From Trypanosoma brucei (Eukaryota), in NCBI GenBank assembly GCA_000002445.1, contig CM000207.1, positions 1,824,001 to 1,888,000 on the forward strand: a stretch of 64,000 nucleotides of DNA, read 5' to 3'. A program made the position numbers and the translations under genes. Below, one piece after another: positions 45,225 to 57,055 of this stretch; position 1 is the stretch's first letter; each line of letters begins with the position of its first letter. Below the pieces are notes generated by a model. It was given only the letters and a program-made list of their open reading frames with translations, was not told the DNA's origin and ran no database searches.

Positions 45225-46712
45225 TAAAGAGTGGCTGTGAAGTGGGAAGGGGATTATTAGGAATGAAACTGCACTGTAGTTTCGAAATTCCCTTCTTTAT
45301 TTTTTTTTATTCTCCCTTTTTTCCCCCTCCTCTTTATGTTTTTCTCAATGATTAGCTTCTCCCAGCTTTGAGTGATCATTTGAGTTGAATGTGACTTCAT
45401 ACCGCGTGACGGCAATATTTTCAAGGAAAAAACATTGTTCTTACCTCTATTCTTAGCAGATTCTTCAGGCGGCTATGATTGGAGGCGTGAATAAAAGTTT
45501 GTCAACAACACGATAAAAAAGAATAACAGTAGAGGGTTTCCTGTCGTTCGTGAATGATTATTTATGTAGGAATAAAAAGAAAATCAGTGAGTTGTGAACC
45601 TAATGATTCAAATTGTGAACACAAGCGGGTATTTGAGCAAACGTGTTCAGATAAATCACTTTTTGTTTGTTTGTTTGCCTTTGCTACATCTGCTGTGAAT
45701 CTTTTCGTTTAATTTGGTGTGATGCTCACTTTATTTTAAGGTCCAACTGTACGATCACTCGAAACTACGTTCGGACGCATCAAAAAAATAATAATAATCC
45801 AAGAAGCAAACAAAGCTATGGTAGAGGAAAACAGGAAGAGAATTAAATGAAATTAATATTAGGAGCAGCGAGAAGATGTGGGGGGGAAAATATCGACCGA
45901 CACCACATGGATTAAAAGGAAGGGGTAAAAGGTTTCAAACTAAAAGGAAGGAAAAAAAAAAAGACGGTCATCCACCCAATATTAATGATGATGGTTATCG
46001 TTATCGTTATCGTCTTTTTCCCCCCTCTCCCCTCCCTCAAATGAATAAATTCATTCATTTAATTTTGTTCTGTTACTTTTGGTCGCTAGTGCTGTTTTAC
46101 CATTTGGTTTCATCCCAATTTGATTATTGTTGTGAAGTTTTATCTTTGATTTTTTTTTAATTTTTATCATATTGGGTGCTCGTTCGTTATTTCTCACGTC
46201 AACATCCAATGACGTTTGTTCTTTTATTTTATCAAATAATTTATATTTAAGTTTGTACATGGGTGTGACCGCGTGGGTTGCATTATGTACATCATTTTCT
46301 TCTGTAGCAACAACAACAACAAAAGAGATGCTTGTGTTTTACCATATATTCCATCTTTTTCTTAAATTTTAAAGAAAAAAAAATAACACTTCATAATTCT
46401 CTGTTGTTTTATTTATCCTGTCTTTTTGTTGTTGTTTATCTTACGGGCACATTCATCCTTTCTTGTAAATTTCTTTCCCGTCTTTCTCCTCCTTTTTTTT
46501 TAATAATTTCTATTAACCTCCGTCGGATTACACTAAAGGAAACAGCTGTAGCGAGGGCTGTGGAAGGTCGGAGACAGTCCATTAACTAAGAAACGACTGC
46601 CACTACCGTTAAAACGAACAAGGCTAAATCTGAAAAGTAAAGGCAAAAGAGAAAAAAGAAACAGCAAAAATTGAGTAAATAAATAAAGGGAGCAACACCA
46701 ACAACATCAACA

Positions 46713-47228
46713 ATGCCACCAAAGCGTGCTGGAAAATCAAAAAAGAAGCCAAAGCCACCACCCCCTGTTGTGTTTTACATTTCTACAATCGAGGAATTCA
46801 GTGAAAAGGTGGAGAAATATGAGGGTTGTTGCCTTGTGGCCACTGTCGCGACTCACTGCAGCATGTGCTCCACTACTGTTGTACCATATCTGGAGAATCT
46901 CAATACCTCAAGACCAGCGGCGCTTGCCGCACTGAACATTGTGGTGATTAATGTCGACACCGAGTCTGCGGAATTGTGCAAGTCGCTTCAGTTTGGTGCC
47001 ATTCCAACTTTCTTTTCCTATTCATACGGAAAGCTGATGCACACTTTCTCCGGTAATAATATGGACAAGGCGTTGTTAATAGCGAAAATAGCTGCCCAGC
47101 AGGCTGAACTAGATAAGGCTGAAGCTGCAGCAGCGGCTAAGGAACTAGTAAATGCTGCAGGTGGAACTGCTCCTGACGGCGCTGCTGGCGTTGCAGATGC
47201 GGCCCCCGCACCGGCAGCAGTTGAATGA
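46713..47228 (+). CDS. thioredoxin-fold protein with an atypical C-S-M-C motif, a Lys/Pro-rich N-terminus and an Ala-rich C-terminus
   Basis: 'VVFYISTIEEFSEKVEKYEGCCLVATVATHCSMCSTTVVPYLENL...IVVINVDTESAELCKSLQFGAIPTFFSY..G' follows the thioredoxin topology (xxWCGPC replaced by THCSMC). Confidence 0.6.
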   Translation: MPPKRAGKSKKKPKPPPPVVFYISTIEEFSEKVEKYEGCCLVATVATHCSMCSTTVVPYLENLNTSRPAALAALNIVVINVDTESAELCKSLQFGAIPTFFSYSYGKLMHTFSGNNMDKALLIAKIAAQQAELDKAEAAAAAKELVNAAGGTAPDGAAGVADAAPAPAAVE

Positions 47229-48212
47229 AACGGTGCACCATGCAGTAGAGCTGGGCTCCGTTATGTATATGAATGTGCATGTTAGATGGTTGAAAAGTAT
47301 TTTAAGTTGGACTGTTGAAGGGATGAAAGACACTTTCAGGGGATGTAGAGCGTTTCTTACTGAGCCTGTTTGTTGTTCCTTTTTTGTTGTTGTTGTTCTA
47401 ACGGTCAAACTTAATACTTGATATGCCCAACTTGGTCGATTTTGCGCTTTGATGGGTGGGTGTAAACCCATTTCTTATACTTTGTTTTCTGTTTCTTGTT
47501 CACCTCTCCTTCAATTGTCTATTTCTTATTTATTTTTTTGTTGTGCTTTTCTTTTATATTCTGTCTTGCTGCTATATATTTTGTTTTACTGACCCCACGG
47601 ATTATACGTAAAGGGGGGTGTATATATGTATACGCTCACGTGGATTTGTAAGGTTATAAAACGCTTAAAGAATAGGTGATGAAAAATAATGAGTGCAAAG
47701 GAGGATGAAAACAGTCATATGAAGTAATCATTAATCTCATGGTCACTGCATTTGTAGCATGATGTCGCGCAATTTGGCCTTATTTCACGAGCTCATTTGC
47801 TGATAATTCCACTAGAAGCGTCGACGAACTCTCTTTTCTGTGCTGCTGATTGTATCTGCATGGCTGCGGGAAGAAGGGCTAATATGGAGGATATTACGCG
47901 AAGGACCCTCCGTACAAAAAGGTGCTTCTTTCATTTCCTGTTAAGTTACGGATTCTTTTTAATTCGTTTCCAATACTAATCTTTACTTTTCTTTTCTCTT
48001 CTTTTCTTTTGTAGAAAATAAAAAAAAAGGACTCCCTTGTCTATTGGCCACGGTTTGGTGGTCAGAGGGGGAGTGGGTGAGTGCGTGCGTGGGAAACAGA
48101 CACATACGGACAGGAGGGGTAACTTAGATAGGAGTGAGCAGAGAGAGAGAGAGAAGTCAAAGAAAAGAGGGGAAAGAAAAATAAAGGGAGGTTAAAGTTG
48201 AAAAAAAAGAAA

Positions 48213-50258
48213 ATGGCAACCACGAACCCCCAGCAGCGTCGGACCCACGCAGCGAAGGTTGTTCTCTCGCAGTTGTATGCTACATGGGTAACGAGCGAAA
48301 GTGGTATGACAGAAATAGAGAAAGCCATTGAGGAAATAATGAGCCTGCAGCAAAAGGGTAGGAAAACTAACGGTAGCCCACCAAATGAAAGTAGTAATGC
48401 AACTAACCGGCATTCAGCGGAGCCCCAGCAACAGCGCAACCCCGCTGACGCTCAAAATAATTACCACTCGGATCCCAACACAACTCCCGTCCAAGCCACA
48501 CCACGCCGTAGTTCTTCTCCGCAACCAACATCGCCGGGGAACGCGCGTCGTCGGCAAGGAGATGATGCACCGCGTTCGCCGAGTCCCGTACACAAAACAC
48601 GTTTATATGGCGTGGATGAACTCGACTTCTCCCATCGTGTGGGTTCCCCCGGTGGGACGACTACCGCTTCACCGGGCGGAATTCATCACGTGAAACCTGT
48701 CGTCGACCCGATGGCACCAGTGCCGCACTTGAGTAGTAGCACTGGTGTCACTAATAACAACATTAGTGGCGTCAGCAACAACAGTAACGTCAACGTAGCG
48801 TCGATTCAACCAACTACGCACTTCCTTAGCCCCGGTTCGCTGGATGTTTCTGTCACCTCTGTAGTTGTGCCAAATGAATCATTCGCTTCTATAGAAACGA
48901 GCGTTGCGGGGAGCTCGATGCCATCACAGCGTGTAGTGCATCTCTCAGGAAACTTCGCTTCCCTCCCTCCCGAGAATGTAGAGCGTGCTACACTTAACGA
49001 TATCCCGGTGTTTTATAGTGGTAAGGATCGAAAAGGTGGAAGAAAGTCGCTTGTAGAAGCGGAAGAGCATGCATTACGAAATTTCTTTGCTCTTAAGGGC
49101 TCGGCGGTGAACCGAAAGGTAGCGAAGGGCGCGGTGGCACCGATTGATGCAAGCAAAACCGTGAGAAAGGGCCAGTTTGGTAAACTTTGCCAGGATGTTT
49201 TTGGTGTGCCGACGTGGTTGAAGGATGCATTATTTCGCCGCATTGCGGTGACGTCTGGTGTCTCTGAATCGACCGCTCTCACATATGAACAGATATCGAC
49301 CTTCTACTACAATGTATTTGGGCCTCTTTCCATTAACAGACGCCTATTCGAGCTGCTGCGTAACGACTCGCGATCTGAGCACTTGACGCTGCAGAATCTC
49401 AAGGATGCCACACGTTACTTAGTCGACTCCCATCCAGGTCTTGAATTTCTTAAGCAACCGGAGTTTCAGGAGTATTACTGCCGAACAGTTGCGATTCGCA
49501 TAGTGTACTCTTTAGAGCGGCAGCAATGTGGTTTTATTAGTTGGTATGACTTCGATCGCAGTGATCTCCCCGAGGTTATGCAGGAGGTAGACGAAAAGGA
49601 CGTGAACGTAGTCCTTCAATACTTTTCTTATGAACACTTCTATGTACTGTACTGCAAGTTCTGGGAGCTGGATACTGATCGGGATCAACTGGTTGGTTTT
49701 GACGACATGTGTAAATATGGCCAGGGGGCTATTTGCCCATCTGTAATAAAGCGGGTTGTAGAGGGAGCTGGTCGTCCCCTCAAATCAGGAAAACCGGGGA
49801 AACTTGATTTCGAGGACTTTGTGTATTTTTGCCTCTCCGAGGAGGATAAGAACAGCCGCTCGGCGGTATATTACTGGTTTAAAGTGCTTGACGTTGATGG
49901 TGACGGCATTTTGAGTGGCTATGAGCTCTACGAATTTTTCCAGGAGAATCAACAGCGATTTTTAGAGTATTTTGAGTGCCCCGAGTCGGACCTTTCATAC
50001 CCTGATATGATGTGTCAGATGATGGACATGCTGGGCTTTTCGCATGTGTCGGAGGAGAAGTTTGGACTGAAACTGAGTGACCTGCACTCCTGTGCAACGC
50101 CAGCCAATTTCTTCAACATGGTGTTTAACGCGCACAAATTTATGCTCTTCGAACACCGCGATCCGTTCTTAGAGCATCAGCAAAAAGTGCGTCCCGAGAA
50201 AACAGAGTGGGATCGATTTGCTCGTGCTGAGTACGATCGTATGGCTAGTGAGGCGTAG
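48213..50258 (+). CDS. protein phosphatase 2A regulatory subunit B'' (PR72/PR130-like, EF-hand) with a long Ser/Pro-rich N-terminal region. The alternative in-frame ATG at 48198 is 5 codons upstream.
   Basis: '[28 protein letters not shown]' and EF-hand '[27 protein letters not shown]' parallel human PPP2R3 '[28 protein letters not shown]' and '[26 protein letters not shown]' (recalled from memory). Confidence 0.8.
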   Translation: [681 protein letters not shown]

Positions 50259-50351
50259 TAGTAGATTATAGATACGCATGCATGTGCGAATGTGGTGGGT
50301 TCCCAAAGGTGTTTACAGTGGAATCCATATTTGCATTTGCGTACATTCAAC

Positions 50352-50375
50352 GGTGGGGTGGGGTGGGGTGGGTGG
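50352..50375 (+). other. canonical G-quadruplex-forming motif (G4 T G4 T G4 T G3) in the 3' flank of the PP2A B'' gene
   Basis: The sequence reads ggtggggtggggtggggtgggtgg. It has four G-runs of 3 or more with 1-nt loops, about 95 nt downstream of the stop at 50258. Confidence 0.6.
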
Positions 50376-53300
50376 ATGTATTAATGAATCATTCGCCACA
50401 GAGTGTCTTGAGAAAATTGCTTTTTCCTCTCCCTTTGTTTTGATTTTCATTATCTCGTTAAATGTTCTGTGTTGTCGTTAGTGTTGTATTGCCAGGTTGC
50501 GACGTGTTTGATGGGTCTTAATCCCATGTGGGATGATGCTGGGAAAAAGGAAGGGGAGGAAATTATGATTAATACAATGATGAGGTGTATTGAGAGGGCA
50601 GTTGTCGGTGGATGCAATCATTGAGGTGGGGTTAGAGTTGAATGAAGTGAAGTGAAGTGAAAAAATGAAATGAAATGAAAGAAAAGTAAAGAATTCGATA
50701 CGGAATGGGGGGGAAGTAAACTGGATTGCGATACCTTCTTCTTGTTCTATAAATCCTTCTTTATTGCGCTCATCCTCCAACAACATTGTAAAGTTACGAT
50801 TAAACCTTTACTTTATTCGGTTGAACCCCGCCCCCCCCCTTCGTGGCCGACACTGTTTTATTCCTACAATTAGGGTTCGTTAATGGTTAAGCGAATGAAG
50901 AAGGAGTGAAGAAGGGAAAATAATGAGTTGAAGGTTGGGAAAATTAGCTGCTTTACGGTTTCCACCGCATTCGATACCTTCTTTCTTTCCTTGTTTATTT
51001 CCTTTTCCTCGCCTCCACCGCTACATTTTCTCTGCCTTTCGTTGTTGTTGTTGTTTCATTAGTTTGTTTGTGACACTCATTCATCCCAAACGGTATGATT
51101 ACATAAATTCGCGCGTTGACATGCGTGAGTTAGGCGTTTTTAGGTGATTTGTTTTTCGCATTTGCGGTGCTTCAGCTCAATCGACTCTCTTTCCCATTGT
51201 TCAGACTTTTGTTTTTATGCGGTGTTGTGATTTGCTCGCCTGTTTTTTGTTTGGTTTCCTGATTGCTGTCAACTCCACACGTTTTTTGTATGTTCTGCCG
51301 CATTCAGAGAGCAATATATATATATATATATATTTCGTGAGTATGCGGAATGAAAAAAAAAAAAGAATATACCATGCATTCACTGTCGCTCATTTTCCAG
51401 TTAAAAAAAACCGGTGGAAGGAATTAAACAGAGTAGGGAAACAAAGAAACAAACAAGCAAACACAACAGGAAAATAAAAGGAAAGAAAAAAAGACGGAAT
51501 ACACAATGAAAGTTATTGGAAGAGAGGGGCATGTGGGAGCGCAGTTGCTGTCTCTTTTTTTGTTTGTTTCTGCTATCATCATCATCACCACCATTTCATG
51601 TTTCTTCACGGACAATCGTATATATTTATAAATATTTATATATTTATACGTATATTTCTATATTTTGTTTATTTATTTGTGTTTTTTAGTTACACTCTTT
51701 TTGTGCGTGTGCGTGTATGCCCCATGTGAATTTGTTTCTATTCACTCTTTTCCTTACATGTGTTAACAAACAAGCATTGGGGCAAAATGATGCATTGTTG
51801 AATGGAAGGTAAGAAGATTCAAAGGACAACGGAACAGAAAGGAAAATTAAAAAAAAATGAACGAAAACAAACTGAATGCATCGAAAGATGGGAAACAAAC
51901 AAAAACAGGAACTACAACAGCAACAGGAACAAAAAAAAAGAAAGAAAAAGAAAACATCAAAATGGAAAGAAGTTTGCTGCTTTTCATTATTCCTTTCCTC
52001 ATTTCCCTCCCTCTTCCTCCTTTTTTTTTTTCGTTCCTCCTGTTGCTGTTGATCTCGCTGCGATTTATTCATTTTTCCCCTTTCCCAATATTTCCCCTCT
52101 GCGGTGTTTACTCCTTTCTTCTTTTTCTTTTTTTTTCTTCATATAAATATATTTTATTATATTTTATAGATAAATAATGTTAACATTAACAGTTAATACT
52201 CTTCCCATCCTTTATTGGCTGTTTTTTTTTAACCCTTCCATTATTTCCATATGTTTGTGTTTGTTGCTTTACTACGGTTAAAATTTTTGTTCATGTTATT
52301 TTATTACAAGTCTTAAACTCAACTTATTCTATCTCCTTTTCTTTTTTTCTTCTTTCTTTTTTCTCTTTCGCTATAATATAATTAACTTTTACTACTGCAA
52401 TATGTTGGTTGAAATTAGTTTCAGTCCCACTCGCACACGCTCACAAATCAATCATAAACTGAAGTGAAAGGGAGTAATAAAACGGAAGGTATAAAATAGA
52501 TCAATTCACAAGGAAAAGAAACTAAAATTATTTAAAATAACTTCCACATATTCATACATACATACACACACACACACAAAAAAGAAAAATAATTGAGAAC
52601 AAAAAAAATTCATTAAAGGGAGAAACGTCTTTACATCGGGTTAAAACCCCTCCCCAAGAAAATAAATAAAATCAAAGCAAAAAAAAACACTGTGTGAGTC
52701 GGTAACTCGACATTAAACGGGTTTGTTTATTTTTTCTTTGATTTTTCTTTTTTACTTTTTTTTGTTCCCCTTATTCCACCTTCAAAAAAAAAAAAACTTT
52801 CTCTCTTTTTTTTTTCCTCTTTACCACACAGGCTTCTGCGAGCAAGTAGAAACACCATTTGCTCTTTAAAAAAAAAAAAAAAATACAAAAAAAAAGAGAG
52901 AAAAGAGAAACAAAATAAAAAGCAACACATCAAAGGAAGCAAAAAAAAAAAGTACGGCGAGTCAAAACGTCAAATACAAAAAACAAAAGGTGCAACTAAA
53001 CTTTAAAAAGATTTTTTTTTAAAAAAAAAAGAAGGAAAAAAAACAAGAAGTCAGTCGATTCCACTCATTTCAAGGAGACAAAGAACGAAAAGACAACAAG
53101 AAAGAAAAAAGTAGTGCAGAAGGATTGAACCGCGGGGCCCGCCTACAAGGAGGACGAAGCAGGGAAAGTAAAACAAAAGGGATTTTTTTTAAAAAAAAGA
53201 AAAAAAAGAAAAAAAAGTTTATTTATATATTTGTTCATTTATACCAGTGGCCGAATTATACAAGTCAAAGCAAAGCAAAGCAAAGCAACAAGTAACAATA

Positions 53301-53528
53301 ACAATAGCAAAACACGCCCGCACAAAGTGCAAAGGAGGACGTTCAATACATTATTTTTGGTCACTGGGACTGGAAAATTGGATAAAGGAGGCTGAATCAG
53401 AGGACTTGCAGCGCGACTCCACCAAAAAATAAAAATTAAAAAAAATTAAAAAAAAATCAACACGCATACATTATAAAGCAAATCAAACAGGAAAAAAGTT
53501 TTTTAAAAAAAAAACAAAGCAAAGCGAA

Positions 53529-53530
<2 letters not shown>

Positions 53531-53569
<39 letters not shown>

Positions 53570-53577
53570 CACAAACT
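53531..53577. repeat. (TA)n microsatellite, about 23 units
   Basis: An uninterrupted 'atatat...' run inside the long A-rich intergenic region. Confidence 0.95.
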
Positions 53578-54965
53578 TTACCTTGCGCAGATACACATAC
53601 GGATCAGGGAGTAGGCGAGGCGGAGGCCGGGAAATATTTCATCATTTAGTGGCAGCGGCTGGCAACAAAAAAGGGAACGGAAAGTTGCGAAGGAAACTGC
53701 GACTGGTAGGCGAAGTCGCCAGCGGCCAGCAAATAACGGAAAGTATCGAAGCAGCAGCGGCAGCGGAGGTGGCGGCGGTGGCGGTCGTGGAAAAAACGAA
53801 AAAAAAAAGAGCACTGAAAATCCTTCACAAGGAGGGGAATAAACAAATAAATAAATAAAAGCAAAAGCATTTATTTATTTATTACCAAATCAACACCAAC
53901 AACAAAGAAGAACAAAGCGGTAACGGGAATTTGCAGGGGTTTACGGGACTTTTTCTTCTTTTTCTTCTTTTTTTTTCTTGATCTGTTCATTACCGTGCTA
54001 CCACCATTAATAATATTATTATCATCACTATTTATTATCGTTGTCGTTACTAACTCTGACTCTTGTTGGTTTTTTTTAAAATAATACAAAACAACAATAA
54101 CAACAACAACAGGAAGAAGAAACGACAACAAATCAAACAGGAAAAAGTAAGAAAAAAAGAAGAGAAAGCACACAAAAGGAAAGAAAAGTGAAGAGAGAAT
54201 AAGAAGGAGAAAGCGGTGGTGAAGAAAAGGGGGAACGTGTTGTTTACATCTCCCCAGACATATAAATTATTTAATATATATACATATATATATTATATTT
54301 ATATTTATATATCTGTATTTGTCTTTACGCATTTGCGTATTCCACTCATTTCCCTGCCGGACAGAAGGGTTACGAGGAAAAAAAAAGAGAAAAAGAGAAG
54401 ATAGAATATCAATACAAATTCATCAGTACCCAGTAGTTTTTTAACAAACTAAGAAAAGAAAAGAAAAGAAAAAAAAGGGACAACCTTATTCACGGACAAC
54501 AAACGGGGAAAAGAAGTAGCGATAAAAAAAAGAAAAGAGGTGCGAGAGTGAAAGAGGAAGAGAAGGAGAGTGGTTACATCCGATCAAAGGATTCAAATAG
54601 TATAAAAAAAATAAAATAGCAATAATAGTAAATAAATATATTAAAAAGAAGAGCACAATTAGAAAATACTGCTGAGGTAGAAGAAGGGGAAGGAAAAGGA
54701 GAAAACAACAGGGAACTTAACGGGGAGGAGAAAATATTACTTATATATTGCCTCTTTTGTTGTTTATTTCCGTGACGCCATCCTGTCAGCGTGACGTGTA
54801 AAGGGAGTTACTAGTTTTATTTTGTAGTTTGTTTTTTAATAGAGCAGGGCGGGGGGAAGTGATTAGAGGGAAAACAAACAAACAAATAAATAAAAAGAGA
54901 AGAAATCCTTTATAACTCAGCAGGTCCGTGGCAACAGCAGATAACTGCTGCTGCTGCTACTACTG

Positions 54966-55030
54966 TTATTGTTGTTTTCTTTTTTTCTTGAACTCTTCTT
55001 TTTAATTTTCCCATAGTTGTTGTTCTCGAC
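54966..55030 (+). promoter_or_regulatory. polypyrimidine-rich region upstream of the RRM/PAM2 gene (candidate trans-splice signal)
   Basis: The sequence is ttattgttgttttctttttttcttgaactcttctttttaattttcccatagttgttgttctcg. Confidence 0.35.
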
Positions 55031-55372
55031 TCGTGTGGTATTCCTATTGCTCTTGTAGTTGTTGTTTCTGCGATTGCACTCGATCTGTGGCGATAAAGGG
55101 AAAGGAGAAAACGTAGAAAAAAAAACTATTCGGTAACGTGAGGTGTTAAATTGGATATTATTATATAAACGGTAGAATTTTTTTATTTTTGGAGCTTAGA
55201 CCCGTGCTTTCACGTGTCGCAGTGACCTGTTTCCAGAGTTTAACGAATAGGAAGTGAATTCAGTAGACGAAAGAAAAAAAAAAGAGGATAAATTTCAAAA
55301 GCATATTAACGTTGTAGAGGAGTGCGTTTGAGTGGGAAGTTGGTTGATTAGTGGTGTTTAACTTTTCAAATT

Positions 55373-57055
55373 ATGGAGGGCACTGGCGGTAAAGTTAAGG
55401 GACTAAGCTCATTGGAACTCAAGGCTTTGAGTGTGCCCTTTGCGTTGCGTTTCCTTCTGGGTGTGGAGTGTGATGTTGTATTATGCGTTACAGAGGTGGG
55501 AAATCGGCGACCCTTCTCCATTAGATTTCCGAGCCTTTCCAATGCATTCAAAGAGTTGTTGCAGTTGTGCGCCTTACGGTATGACCTCTCTTGTGAGCAT
55601 TATGACGATCACAGCCTCTTTACGGGAATTCTAAAATTCCCAATACTTCGGTACATTGACTACATACCAGGTGCTTTACATATGGAAGAAGTCCTCGGGT
55701 GCTTAGGCGTGGAATCGATAAGGTCACCGAAGCGTTTGGGAGAATCCCTCCATGAATTTGTGGCGTCCTTCATCGACTACAAGGACTACCAGCCAGACGC
55801 GGCACTTGATCCGTTGAATAACGGACTGTATTTAACGTTAGACTACGGCCTTTCCACAGCCACGCACAGTCACCTTGTGGAAATACAGTTTCATAGGGGA
55901 TGGGATGTTGATGCAGCTCTGCGAGAGTTTGAGGAATTTAGCAGGTTGACAGCAAATGATATCCGCTTCATCGATGAAAACAATAGAGGAAGAGGTGGTG
56001 TGCTCGTAATGCCATCAACACAAGACGCATCAGATTTGTTTGAGCGTTATGAGGACGAGGACTCCGATGACGAAGGTGAATTGCTACCTTTTGTGCTTCG
56101 TCCTGTAGCCCCAATGGTGCCTGTTCCATCGGTGGAGGATTCAACACTGAGAAAACACCGTGAGCAGTACTGGAAGGAGATTGAAACCTTCTGGAAGCGT
56201 TTCCCGATATGGAGTAATACTGTGGTTGTTTCCAACCTCTACGATGGCGCTACACTGGAGGACGCGCTTCGGTTGTTTGATGGACTTGCCATTGCAAAAG
56301 CCACAATGGTGGAATGCGACACCCCCGCGCGCCGGCGGAAGTTGTATGTAACGTTTGAGACATCTGCCGTGGCGCGCACGGCTTTGTCGTCGGACAGCAT
56401 GAGCACGAAAGGAAAAACTCTCCGAGTTCAAGTTTCTCCCCCGTTCCTTAATGAGGAGAGACGCGGCCGTGTGATTGAAACGATTTCTTCGCCCACCTCA
56501 TCTCCATCATTGCGTAGTAAATGCTATCCCACCGGACTCACTGGCTCTCCTAACTGCACTACAGCAGAACCTGAGGGGGTACACAATGAACGGAAAGAGA
56601 CAGAAGGTCGTCGGCGGGATGCACACGCCGTATCGGGCAAAAGTAGAGACTCTGCGCCCGCGTTAGTGAATACTGAGTCTAAACATAACGCGTATACAAC
56701 GCCCAAGTTGAAACCCAAGACACCGGATGTAATGTGTCAAAGCCCTTCACCGGTATCGTCAACCATGAATGCAAACGCCAGAGAATTTGTCCCTTCGTCT
56801 GCCTTTCATGCATCCACTCCGACTACGAGCGCATATGTCTCACCTGTGCCTTTAGTGTGTGTGAGTGAAGTCCTTTTGTCTCCTCCTGCGTATTCTCTTC
56901 ATGGAAGTTCTGTACGGCAGGACGTTGGGTTGGGTGGGGGGCCTCCGCCACCTCCACCGCCGTACACTGCGCCTCCTCCATATGGCGTTGCTGCGGTGCA
57001 AACTGTTGGTATGTTTCCATCTCACGTGCTTCCCCCACCGCATCAGTCAGCATAA
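55373..57055 (+). CDS. RNA-binding protein with an RRM, a PAM2 (PABP-interacting) motif and a C-terminal PPxY proline-rich tail (560 aa)
   Basis: RRM-like 'TVVVSNLYDGATLEDALRLFDGLAIAKATMVECDTPARRRKLYVTFETSAVARTAL...KTLRVQVS'. 'STMNANAREFVPSSAF' fits the PAM2 consensus [LM]-N-x-x-A-x-E-F-x-P. The C-terminus carries 'GGGPPPPPPPYTAPPPYG' (two PPxY WW-binding motifs). Confidence 0.7.
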   Translation: MEGTGGKVKGLSSLELKALSVPFALRFLLGVECDVVLCVTEVGNRRPFSIRFPSLSNAFKELLQLCALRYDLSCEHYDDHSLFTGILKFPILRYIDYIPGALHMEEVLGCLGVESIRSPKRLGESLHEFVASFIDYKDYQPDAALDPLNNGLYLTLDYGLSTATHSHLVEIQFHRGWDVDAALREFEEFSRLTANDIRFIDENNRGRGGVLVMPSTQDASDLFERYEDEDSDDEGELLPFVLRPVAPMVPVPSVEDSTLRKHREQYWKEIETFWKRFPIWSNTVVVSNLYDGATLEDALRLFDGLAIAKATMVECDTPARRRKLYVTFETSAVARTALSSDSMSTKGKTLRVQVSPPFLNEERRGRVIETISSPTSSPSLRSKCYPTGLTGSPNCTTAEPEGVHNERKETEGRRRDAHAVSGKSRDSAPALVNTESKHNAYTTPKLKPKTPDVMCQSPSPVSSTMNANAREFVPSSAFHASTPTTSAYVSPVPLVCVSEVLLSPPAYSLHGSSVRQDVGLGGGPPPPPPPYTAPPPYGVAAVQTVGMFPSHVLPPPHQSA

